Notes: generated by a model from the letters alone, not told the origin. Shown: positions 35,244-43,277, counted from the stretch's first letter. The stretch: DNA of 53,795 bases from Candidatus Omnitrophota bacterium (GCA_003565945.1 PXAH01000133.1:1-53795), one strand, 5' to 3'. Numbers and translations are program-made.

Positions 35244-36032
35244 TCATCTGGAAACCTTATTGACCACTCTAATTATTTCCTGATGAATCTTTCCGTTAGA
35301 GGCAATAACATAGGAGTTTTCCAGGCCCAATTCCTCTCCCTTTCTGCCGCTGATTTTTCCCCCCGCTTCTTCGATTAGTAACTTTCCGGCGGCAAAATCC
35401 CAAGGGCTTAAGTTAAACTCCCAAAATCCGGTAGCCCGGCCGCAAGCGATATAACATAAATCTAAGGCCGCCGCGCCTAACCTGCGTAACCCTATAATTT
35501 TTTCCTGAAAAAAAACTTTTATTGCCTCTAGATTATTAAGCATGTTTTGGCCCCGGTCATAATAGAAACCGGTAATCAAAAGAGACTTATCAAGAGAAGC
35601 GGCATCAGCCACCCTAATCGGCTTACCGTTTAAGTAAGCACCTTTGCCTTTTTCGGCAAAAAAAAGTTCTTCGCGCATCGGGTCATAAATAACCCCTAAA
35701 ACTATTTGATTGTTTTTTGCCAAGGCTATTGATACGCAAAATATGGGTATCCCGAAAGAAAAGTTGTTAGTTCCGTCTAAGGGATCGATAATCCAGCAAT
35801 AAGAAGATTTTGTTTTCTGATAACTACCTTCCTCAGCTAAAATATTATGGGTTGGAAAGCTTTTTTTTATTGTTTTGACCACAGCCTTCTCGGCTTCTAA
35901 GTCAGCAACCGTAATCAAATCAAAAGAAGAACTTTTTTCTCTTGTTTGAGTTTCCCCCTCAAAATACTTTTTGTGAATTCTGCCTGCCTGTTTCGCGGCA
36001 GCTAAGGCCGTATTTTTAAATTCGGGATTCAT
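35244..36032 (-). CDS. suhB: Inositol monophosphatase family protein
   Basis: WIIDPLDGTNNF and the RRLGAAALDLCYIACGR motifs. Confidence 0.9.
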   Translation of the reverse strand: MNPEFKNTALAAAKQAGRIHKKYFEGETQTREKSSSFDLITVADLEAEKAVVKTIKKSFPTHNILAEEGSYQKTKSSYCWIIDPLDGTNNFSFGIPIFCVSIALAKNNQIVLGVIYDPMREELFFAEKGKGAYLNGKPIRVADAASLDKSLLITGFYYDRGQNMLNNLEAIKVFFQEKIIGLRRLGAAALDLCYIACGRATGFWEFNLSPWDFAAGKLLIEEAGGKISGRKGEELGLENSYVIASNGKIHQEIIRVVNKVSR

Positions 36033-36089
36033 TTGACTAGTTTACCGCAAATAAGAGCATTATCAAATATTAAATGCTCCTAAAAAAAC

Positions 36090-36118
36090 TTTACACTTTT
36101 CCGTTTCAACGGTAGAAT
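36090..36118 (+). promoter_or_regulatory. Promoter candidate for a leaderless ECF sigma factor mRNA
   Basis: TTTACA (36090-36095), a 17-nt spacer, then TAGAAT (36113-36118). Exactly six T residues follow, then the ATG at 36125. No Shine-Dalgarno sequence. Confidence 0.5.
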
Positions 36119-36124
36119 TTTTTT

Positions 36125-36685
36125 ATGAGTAACTCAAAGCTAATAAAGCTTTGCCTAAAAAACAATAAAAAGGCTTGGAAATTATTTTTAAAAAAATATT
36201 CACGCCTGATTTACTGGGCAATCAACAAAAATCTTGCCAGGGGTAGTTTCAACCAACAGCAAAATGAAGCTGAGGATATTTTCCAAGAAGTTTTTCTCTC
36301 AATTCTAGAGGATAAAAAGCTCCAGCAAGTGAAAAATATTGATTTGTTGCCCGGCTGGTTGGCTATGGTTGCTTCTAACCAAACCATTGATTACATGCGT
36401 AGAAAAAACCGGATCAAAGAAAGTTTGGTGGCTGAGTTCCCCATAACCGGCAGCCAAAGCCTCCAGGAAAAAATATCTGGACAAGACACTTTTTCTTTAG
36501 TTGATAAGGTTATCGAAAATTTATCCAATAAAGAAAAAATTATTATTTCCTTAAATCTATTTGAAGATAAGACACATAAAGAAATAGCCGGCATTCTCTC
36601 ATTGCCGGTAAATACAGTATCCACAATAATTTTCCGAACAAAAGAAAAAATAAAAAGTAAAATAAAAAAAATGAAAGAAAATTGA
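36125..36685 (+). CDS. ECF-type RNA polymerase sigma-70 factor
   Basis: 186 aa. Region 2 (DIFQEVFLSI, GWLAMVASNQTIDYMRR) and region 4 helix-turn-helix (THKEIAGILSLPVNTVSTIIFRTKEKI). Confidence 0.9.
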   Translation: MSNSKLIKLCLKNNKKAWKLFLKKYSRLIYWAINKNLARGSFNQQQNEAEDIFQEVFLSILEDKKLQQVKNIDLLPGWLAMVASNQTIDYMRRKNRIKESLVAEFPITGSQSLQEKISGQDTFSLVDKVIENLSNKEKIIISLNLFEDKTHKEIAGILSLPVNTVSTIIFRTKEKIKSKIKKMKEN

Positions 36686-36715
36686 AACCAACTCTATGCA
36701 TAGATGGGGGTAAAT

Positions 36716-37267
36716 ATGGAAAATGATGATAGAATACTTCAGCAATACCTACAAAAAAAACTAAAATCAGTTAATATCGAAAAAAGTAAAGAATGCCCCG
36801 GCACCAAGCCATTACTAGACTACCTTGCCGGATCTTTAAGCGGAGAAATATCTTTAGAACTGGAAAAACACCTCTCCCACTGCCCTTTCTGCCTAAGGCA
36901 AATAAGCATCGCCTCTGATGCTCTGAGCCAAAAGAAAAAAGACCTAATTCCTGTACCGGAGAAAACCATCAACAAAGTAAATAGACGCCTTGAAGCCTAT
37001 CTTAAAAACACTACAAGAAAAAGAAAAGGAAAAAAAACAAAGCAAAGATTTTATTTTCTGGCTATGCTTGTTTTTTTCGTTTTATCTTTTTTGCTGCCTA
37101 AATATTTCGCGCAGTTTCTGGTAGGAGCCCTTATCCTAGGAATGCGCTGGTCTCTGGAGGGCAAGGGCGGCCAGACCCTGATTATGGTTCTTGATTCTCT
37201 GCGTAAACAATCTCAGGGTAAAAACGATGAAATTTCGAACCGGATAAAGAACCACTTAGAGGAATAA
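36716..37267 (+). CDS. Anti-sigma factor (zf-HC2) with one transmembrane helix
   Basis: HLSHCPFC matches H-x3-C-x2-C. A central hydrophobic helix (FYFLAMLVFFVLSFLL) is present. It lies directly downstream of the ECF sigma gene. The start could be 36704 or 36716. Confidence 0.75.
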   Translation: MENDDRILQQYLQKKLKSVNIEKSKECPGTKPLLDYLAGSLSGEISLELEKHLSHCPFCLRQISIASDALSQKKKDLIPVPEKTINKVNRRLEAYLKNTTRKRKGKKTKQRFYFLAMLVFFVLSFLLPKYFAQFLVGALILGMRWSLEGKGGQTLIMVLDSLRKQSQGKNDEISNRIKNHLEE

Positions 37268-37296
37268 CTATAGACTGAAAAGCTATTTCGATATAG

Positions 37297-37665
37297 CTAA
37301 AATACAATATCCTTATAGTGGCTTAAGCGGCGGGGAATTCTGTTTTTGCCAAGTACTATGCAAATCGCGTCAATTCGATAGCCTTTAAAATAACCACTCT
37401 GGTACATGTAAAACTGGCAAGCTTTAACAATTTTATTGATTTTTCTTTTATTAAGTGATTCTTCGGGACTACCAAAATTTTCTCCTGTCTTGGTTCTTAC
37501 CTCAACAAAAACTAAAGTTTGTTTAAAACAGGCAACTAAATCTATTTCAGACTGCTTGCAGCGGTAATTTTTTTCAATAATTTTATACCCTTTCCCTTTG
37601 AGGTAGCGTCCGGCTACAGCTTCACCCAAGCGGCCAATTGCAAAGTTATGATAATCACTAGGCAA
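37297..37665 (-). CDS. yraN: YraN-family endonuclease-like protein (UPF0102)
   Basis: GRLGEAVAGRYLKGKGYKIIEKNYRCKQSEIDLV....LVFVEVRT is the UPF0102 signature. Confidence 0.88.
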   Translation of the reverse strand: MPSDYHNFAIGRLGEAVAGRYLKGKGYKIIEKNYRCKQSEIDLVACFKQTLVFVEVRTKTGENFGSPEESLNKRKINKIVKACQFYMYQSGYFKGYRIDAICIVLGKNRIPRRLSHYKDIVF

Positions 37666-39211
37666 AATTTTTATCTCCTCCCCAATGCCTATACTGAAGA
37701 GCTTCCGCTATATGGGAATCTTCTATGTTTTGACAACCGTCTAAATCAGCAATGGTACGAGCTATCTTTATAGTTTTGTAGTAAGAACGAGCCGATAGAT
37801 TAAATTTAGCGGCAGCATCAATTAAGATTTCCTTTGCCCGCGATAAAAGAAAACAGTGTTTTTTTATCTGGCTATTTTTCATTTCAGCATTTACGTAAAT
37901 ACTATCTTCTTTGAAACGCTTACTTTGGATATTTCTTGCCCTTATCACCCTCTGCCTAATACTTTCTGAACGTTCCAAAAAATTTTTAGCTTTTTGAAAA
38001 TCAAAAGCAGAAAAAGCTTTCACATCCACTACCGGAACTTCTACCAGCATATCAATGCGATCAAGAATAGGCCCTGAAATTCTTTTTCTATATTTTTCTA
38101 TCTCCCGCGCGCTACAAATACAATCCCTGCCAGGATGATATAAATAACCACACGGACATGGGTTTGCTGAAGCAAGTAAAATAAATTGAGCCGGAAAGAT
38201 AGCTTTGCCCCGACTACGACAAACTGATATACGATAATCTTCCAAAGGCTGCCTGAGAGCTTCTAGGGCCGAACGGGGAAATTCATTAAACTCGTCTAAA
38301 AATAAAACCCCTCGATGAGCTAGGCTAACTTCCCCCGGTTTAACCCGGCTTCCTCCCCCGATTAAGCCTACCGGAGAAATAGTATGATGCGGCGCCCTGA
38401 AAGGACGGCTCTTGACCACTGAACCATCAGGAGGAATAAGCCCAGATGTTGAATAAATTTTAGTAACTTCAAGTGATTCCGGCTCACTCAAAGGTGGTAA
38501 AATGCCAGGAAAAGCTCTGGCAAGCATAGTTTTGCCTGAACCAGGGCTGCCGGTCATAAAAAGATTATGGGAACCGGCGGCGGCAATCTCCATTGCCCGT
38601 TTTGCTTGCTCTTGCCCCAAGACTTCTTTCATATCGAATTCAGCTTTTTTAAAATGCTTTTCATTTACCTCTTTTTTGCTGCTTTCAACCGGAGCTAAAT
38701 CTTGATTACCACAAAAACAAGCAACAAGCTGGCTTAAGCTTTCAACAGGGTAAACGTTTAACCCTTTAACAGCCGCGGCCTCATTTGCTGACTCCTTAGG
38801 GATAAAAATATTTTTTACCCCTTTTTCTTTAGCAAATAAAGCTAGCAATAAAGTCCCTTTTGTATGACGCAATCTACCGTCTAAAGAAAGTTCACCAAAA
38901 AATAAACTTTTATCCGGAAGCGGACAAGCCAGAGAAGCGGCAATAATGCCGGCAGCAATTGGCAAATCATAAAATGCACCTTCCTTGGGCACATCAGCAG
39001 GAGCAAGATTAATAACTATCCTACTTTTAGGAAATTGAATTTGCGAATTCATAATTGCAATCCTGACCCTTTGTTTACTTTCAGCCACAGCTTTAGTAGG
39101 CAAACCAACAATTTCAAAAGCAGGCAGGCCACGGCCTGCTAAATTTACTTCTACATCCATGGCCAAGGTATGAAGGCCTAAGTTAAGAGCCGAAGAAACT
39201 TTTACCAACAT
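37658..39211 (-). CDS. comM: YifB/ComM Mg-chelatase-like AAA+ ATPase
   Basis: MLVKVSSALNLGL N-terminus, Walker A GSPGSGKTMLA, GVLFLDEFNEF, and CPCGY zinc-finger-like motif. The start is set at the ATG at 39211. Confidence 0.92.
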   Translation of the reverse strand: MLVKVSSALNLGLHTLAMDVEVNLAGRGLPAFEIVGLPTKAVAESKQRVRIAIMNSQIQFPKSRIVINLAPADVPKEGAFYDLPIAAGIIAASLACPLPDKSLFFGELSLDGRLRHTKGTLLLALFAKEKGVKNIFIPKESANEAAAVKGLNVYPVESLSQLVACFCGNQDLAPVESSKKEVNEKHFKKAEFDMKEVLGQEQAKRAMEIAAAGSHNLFMTGSPGSGKTMLARAFPGILPPLSEPESLEVTKIYSTSGLIPPDGSVVKSRPFRAPHHTISPVGLIGGGSRVKPGEVSLAHRGVLFLDEFNEFPRSALEALRQPLEDYRISVCRSRGKAIFPAQFILLASANPCPCGYLYHPGRDCICSAREIEKYRKRISGPILDRIDMLVEVPVVDVKAFSAFDFQKAKNFLERSESIRQRVIRARNIQSKRFKEDSIYVNAEMKNSQIKKHCFLLSRAKEILIDAAAKFNLSARSYYKTIKIARTIADLDGCQNIEDSHIAEALQYRHWGGDKNFA

Positions 39212-40082
39212 AATACTTACCCCTTTCCTGGCCAATAAAGCCTTTTAGCTTCATAAGTGATAATACAGCCCCTAATTTTGACGAAGCTATTTTTAGCTGA
39301 CGAGACAAATAGTCTATTTCTTTTGGCTCTCGCGAAAGAATATTGATAATTTCTTTCTCTAATCTCCCTAAACACTTAAATTGATTTTCCCTAAACTTAA
39401 CTTTTTTCTGCCTGTCTAAACCATAAAGGGATAAAATATCATCAATATTGGTCACTACTACAGCACCTTCTTTGATTAATTGAAGAGTTCCCCGGGAAAC
39501 TGAACTGGTAAGCGGGCCCGGCACGGCAAATAATTTACGCTTAAACTTTCGGGCCAGGCCAGCGGTAATCAAAGAGCCACTTCCTAGTGCTGCTTCAATA
39601 ACTAAAGTCGCTTGGGATAAACCAGCAACTATCCGGTTACGCCGGGGATAACTCCATTTCGCCGGAGGCGCCTGTCCTTCTGACTCAGAAATAATTAATC
39701 CCCGGCTATTTAATATTTGCCAATAAAGATCCTCCTGGTAGGCAGGATGTATGAGGTCAATGCCGCAAGGCATAACAGCTATTGTTCTACCCTTAGCTTT
39801 AAGGGCAGCCCGGTGAGCTTGAGCATCAACCCCATACATAAATCCAGAAACAATAGTTATACCCTCCAATGCTGCTTTTTCTACCAATTCAGTGGTAACC
39901 TGCCTGCCATAAGTAGTCATCCTCCTTGATCCAACAACAGCAAGGCATTTAGCAAAAATAGCTTCGTCCCACTGTCCCTTATAGTAAAGTTTATCAGGAC
40001 GAGAAGGTATCTGCTTTAACAAAGGGGGGTATTTTGGATCATCAATATCAACTATCTTCATAAGCAGACAAAACAACTTCAT
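39183..40082 (-). CDS. dprA: DNA processing protein DprA (Smf)
   Basis: AVVGSRRMTTYG, SGFMYGVDAQAHRAAL and a Rossmann-like DprA core. The start may be the second ATG, at 40061. Confidence 0.9.
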   Translation of the reverse strand: MKLFCLLMKIVDIDDPKYPPLLKQIPSRPDKLYYKGQWDEAIFAKCLAVVGSRRMTTYGRQVTTELVEKAALEGITIVSGFMYGVDAQAHRAALKAKGRTIAVMPCGIDLIHPAYQEDLYWQILNSRGLIISESEGQAPPAKWSYPRRNRIVAGLSQATLVIEAALGSGSLITAGLARKFKRKLFAVPGPLTSSVSRGTLQLIKEGAVVVTNIDDILSLYGLDRQKKVKFRENQFKCLGRLEKEIINILSREPKEIDYLSRQLKIASSKLGAVLSLMKLKGFIGQERGKYYVGKSFFGS

Positions 40083-40305
40083 TGAGTGATTGACGGACCT
40101 CCGCGGTTAAGGGAAAAGCACTGTTATACCATTTCCCATCTTTTCCCGCTTGGCGCGGTACACTAACAAATAATCCGCTTTTCCCCTCAACAACACGAAA
40201 ACCTTTAACTATAAACTGATCAGCTATTGCTACATCACAAAAAGCTTTCGTGGATCCTTCGCCGTTGAGCTTAACAAGCCTGGAAACCTTAAAATCCAAA
40301 TCCAT
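40048..40305 (-). CDS. SpoVG-family protein, short canonical paralog
   Basis: 85 aa. KAFCDVAIADQFIVKGFRVVEGKSGLFVSVPRQAGKDGKWYNSAFPLTAEVRQ is collinear with SpoVG. A strong RBS, AAGGAGGTGG, precedes the start. Confidence 0.8.
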   Translation of the reverse strand: MDLDFKVSRLVKLNGEGSTKAFCDVAIADQFIVKGFRVVEGKSGLFVSVPRQAGKDGKWYNSAFPLTAEVRQSLNEVVLSAYEDS

Positions 40306-40552
40306 ACTCCACCTCCTTGTTAAATTTTTCGATTAAACTTTCACTACCCCTTTACTACATAGACGAATTGAAAAGGGAAATTCTTTCAAAAAATTTAAAA
40401 AAAATTAGGCACTTTCTATAACCTTTTTTCTTTCAATGAGTTAGAAAACTAAAAAAAATCCCTTTTTAGGCCACAGCCGGCTAAAAGAGGTGAAGGTGCT
40501 TTCCGAGGGAAGAAGGATGAAGGAAGAAAGGACGAGAGAATATCGATAAAAA

Positions 40553-40735
40553 TAGACGTCCTATTTATAGACAAAAGTAGACGTCCTACTTAAGCCTGAG
40601 GAAAAAAGAAAAAATTTCCGATCCCGGCTCGGTAAAAAAAGGGGGTTGTAAGTCGTTATTTAACAGGTAGTTGTGAGATGGATTTTTAAGTTTGAATAGA
40701 CGTCCTACTTATCGGCAAAAGTAGACGTCCTACTT
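40553..40735. repeat. Four copies of a 14-17-nt inverted repeat (TAGACGTCCTAYTT), arranged as two pairs
   Basis: Copies start at 40553, 40578, 40697 and 40722. Spacing within each pair is exactly 25 nt, and the pairs are 144 nt apart. Each reads AA(G/A)TAG-GACGT-CTA(C/T)TT on the minus strand. Confidence 0.85.
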
Positions 40736-40777
40736 CTGAAAAAGGTGTGTTTGTAGATAACTGAAGAAAAACAAATT

Positions 40778-41176
40778 TTAATGCCAGAGCCTGGCACGTT
40801 GGCAACTATCTTCAACCCAGCTCAAAGGAACCCAGCCGGTAGCTCCCCGCTGAAGCCCCCGCAGAATAACTACTTTAGCTTTTCCCTCAAAGATTTTTAC
40901 ATCTAAAACCATAGCCGGCATATTTTTCTCAACTACAACAATATCGTAATTTTTCAACAAGACCTGAAAAAGATCTTGATCTTGCCTGGCTAAAACCGCC
41001 TCCATAAGCTGGTAAGATTGATCTGTCCTGGCTACACCTAAATATTCCCAGCAAAAAGGCCCTTCAATTTTGACATACCTTCCTACTAAATCAGCTTGAG
41101 CATAGACAGTGAAAGAAGCTAAAAAGGCCAAAAAGATTAATGATAAAACCAATATTTTTTTCTTACCTAATAACAC
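40778..41176 (-). CDS. Secreted hypothetical protein
   Basis: Signal peptide KKKILVLSLIFLAFLASFTVYAQA. No family recognised. The start is set at the GTG at 41176, 5 nt after GGAGG; the track start at 41182 abuts the RBS. Confidence 0.65.
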   Translation of the reverse strand: MLLGKKKILVLSLIFLAFLASFTVYAQADLVGRYVKIEGPFCWEYLGVARTDQSYQLMEAVLARQDQDLFQVLLKNYDIVVVEKNMPAMVLDVKIFEGKAKVVILRGLQRGATGWVPLSWVEDSCQRARLWH

Positions 41177-41307
41177 ATCCACCTCCTTTTAAAGGGGTTT
41201 TTTGCTTTCTAATGCCTCTTTGGAAAAGATAACACAAAAAGGAGTGAATCTGCCAGAAAAAACCGGCTTTTCTTTAATTTTTTGTAAACGGTTTCATGAG
41301 AAAAAAA

Positions 41308-41679
41308 TTAGCTGGTGGGAAAATCGCGAATTAAAACAAGAATTGATGAGTGAGGAACCACTATATAATCCCTTTTTTCGTATTTAACTTCAACTCCTTG
41401 CTGCCTTAAAAAAATACAATAATCTCCCTCTTCAGCCTGAAGTGGAAAATATTTGCTTTTAGTATCTTTCACCCAAGGTTCCTGTTCAAGGCTGGATGGA
41501 TCAGCAACCGGATACCCGGGCCCAATTTTCATTATTTTTCCAACCTGAACCTTTTCTTTTTCCTTTACTCCCTGAGGAAGATAAAGGCCAGAGTCTGTTT
41601 TATCATCTCCGGTAGAAGGCTCTATTAACACCTTGTCCCCCACCAAAATTAACTCTTTACCAATCTTTTTAAATACCAT
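41308..41679 (-). CDS. GroES/Cpn10-fold protein (atypical, 123 aa)
   Basis: LILVGDKVLIEP.....KTDSGLYLPQGVKEKEKVQVGKIMKIGPG matches the Cpn10 pattern, with a roughly 30-aa longer C-terminal half. It starts immediately after the HD-GYP gene stop. Confidence 0.6.
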   Translation of the reverse strand: MVFKKIGKELILVGDKVLIEPSTGDDKTDSGLYLPQGVKEKEKVQVGKIMKIGPGYPVADPSSLEQEPWVKDTKSKYFPLQAEEGDYCIFLRQQGVEVKYEKRDYIVVPHSSILVLIRDFPTS

Positions 41680-43032
41680 TTAAATAAACCTAAATTTTTT
41701 CTTTTTGAATAAGTCAAGGCAAGCACAAACTACGTCATAATCATAAAGCTCTCCCTTACTTTCGTCAATTTCATTTAGAGCCGCGTCAATTCCCAAAGCA
41801 GCGCGGTAAGGCCTATGAGAAGCCATAGCTTCGACAATATCAGAAACTGTTAATATCTTAGCTTCAGCTAGAATTTCTTTTCCAGTTAACCCGTTCGGAT
41901 AACCGGAACCATCTAGTCTTTCATGGTGCTGAAGAACAATTTGAGCTACCGGCCAAGGAAATTCTATTTCTTTTAAAATATCATAACCTATTTGAGGGTG
42001 AGTTTGAATAATGCTAAATTCCAATTTAGTTAAAACGGTGGGTTTACTGAGAATTTCAGCCGGCACATAAACTTTGCCTACATCATGGATATTAGACGCC
42101 ATCCTTACGCCTTCAATTAAATCATGGCTAAAATCAAGCTCTTTAGCTATGGCGCAGGCAAGCTGAGAAACCCGGCGTTGGTGGCCAGCAGTGTAAGGAT
42201 CGCGCCTCTCAGAAGTAGCGGCAAGAGCCCCCACGGTCTCTTCCAAAATACGCCTTGTCCGAATAAGATTAAGTCTTCTTTGCCTCTCAGCACTTTTTCT
42301 TTGAGATATGTCTAAAGCTATCTCAACTATCCCTATAATTTCGTCTTCAATATCCTTAATCGGATAAGCCCTAACAAGCCAAGACTTACCGTCTTTGGAA
42401 GATATTTCTTTTTTTTGGAAACTCCCCTTTTCAACGACTGACTTCAAAGGATGAGCTTCCAGCTCAACTTTGAGTTTTTGCCAAATTTGTTTCCAGCTTA
42501 GCCCTATCAGCCGACTTGCCGGCTCTCCGATTACCTCGCTAACCGCTCTATTTACCCATAGAGCTCTAAAGCTGCTGTCATAGTAAGCAACGAATTCAGA
42601 AAGGCTGTTTAAAATTAATGACTTCTCTTCTTCAGACCTTCTCAACGCGTCTTCTACTCGCTGGCGTTCAGTCAAATTTTTCGCGATAACACATAAGTAC
42701 TCACTATGATTGTGCTTGAGGTAACGAACAGTAATTTCAATCGGCAAAACTTTGCCATCTTTTGTCTTATATAAAGTTTCTGTTTTGGTTATTTCTTTTT
42801 TTCTTATTTCTTCCCAATACTCCTGCCAGTTATGCGATAAGAAATTATCATCTAACTGAAAGACTTTCAAAGATAACAACTTTTTTCTGGAATATCCTAA
42901 TATATTTACCGCGGCCTGGTTAACATATTCTATTTTTCCGTCAGAAGCAACCCACAAAACGGGATTGCTCATATGCTCTAAAACAAAGCGGCCAAACAGT
43001 ATTTTCTTTTCTAGATTTTTTTCACTTTCCAT
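41680..43032 (-). CDS. PAS-PAS-HD-GYP domain protein (predicted c-di-GMP phosphodiesterase)
   Basis: Two PAS-like units, then HQRRV, NIHDVGKVYVP and HHERLDGSGYPNGL motifs of the HD-GYP family. Confidence 0.88.
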   Translation of the reverse strand: MESEKNLEKKILFGRFVLEHMSNPVLWVASDGKIEYVNQAAVNILGYSRKKLLSLKVFQLDDNFLSHNWQEYWEEIRKKEITKTETLYKTKDGKVLPIEITVRYLKHNHSEYLCVIAKNLTERQRVEDALRRSEEEKSLILNSLSEFVAYYDSSFRALWVNRAVSEVIGEPASRLIGLSWKQIWQKLKVELEAHPLKSVVEKGSFQKKEISSKDGKSWLVRAYPIKDIEDEIIGIVEIALDISQRKSAERQRRLNLIRTRRILEETVGALAATSERRDPYTAGHQRRVSQLACAIAKELDFSHDLIEGVRMASNIHDVGKVYVPAEILSKPTVLTKLEFSIIQTHPQIGYDILKEIEFPWPVAQIVLQHHERLDGSGYPNGLTGKEILAEAKILTVSDIVEAMASHRPYRAALGIDAALNEIDESKGELYDYDVVCACLDLFKKKKFRFI

Positions 43033-43040
43033 CTACTTAA

Positions 43041-43070
43041 GACAAAAATAGATAGCCTTAATAGCTATCT
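43041..43070 (-). terminator. Terminator/attenuator-like hairpin immediately upstream of the HD-GYP start codon
   Basis: The minus strand reads AGATAGC-TATTAAG-GCTATCT, followed by ATTTTTG. It ends 8 nt before the ATG at 43032. The stem is weak, with only 3 GC pairs. Confidence 0.3.
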
Positions 43071-43127
43071 GCCCCCTCCCAGCATTATATTCTTACAGTA
43101 CTATGTTAAATTTTATCCCTTTGATTA

Positions 43128-43200
43128 TCGAATTTACAAATCCCTACGAATATACGAATTAATTTATTATTCGTAAATTCGTAAAAGATTCGTAATTCGT
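43128..43200. repeat. Array of hexamer repeats: three (A/T)CGAAT followed by four ATTCGT
   Basis: (A/T)CGAAT at 43128, 43146 and 43154. ATTCGT at 43169, 43177, 43188 and 43195. ACGAATATACGAAT and ATTCGTAAATTCGT can pair with one mismatch. Confidence 0.8.
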
Positions 43201-43277
43201 TGATGGTCTATGTGTACCCCCGTTTTCAACAAAGTATTGACTCTTATTCATTATTATACCACAATTTTGCTCTTAAG

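Noticed and set aside
40553-40735. A possible mini CRISPR array formed by the four TAGACGTCCTAYTT repeats.
   Set aside because: There are only four copies of a 14-17-nt unit. Spacing alternates between 25 nt and 119 nt. The spacers within the two pairs are themselves similar to each other, and there are no cas genes in the window.
40306-40777. A possible RNase P RNA, tmRNA or SRP RNA in the long non-coding gap. ACAGCCGGCTAA superficially resembles the RNase P ACAGAACCCGGCUUA motif.
   Set aside because: The companion GAGGAAAGUCC motif is absent or in the wrong order. There is no tRNA-like acceptor/T-arm for tmRNA, and no SRP domain IV motif. The resemblance is limited to one short string.
43033-43277. 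A c-di-GMP (GEMM) riboswitch in front of the HD-GYP gene.
   Set aside because: The leader is extremely AT-rich. It lacks the conserved GEMM-I/II helices and the tetraloop-receptor sequence that I remember.
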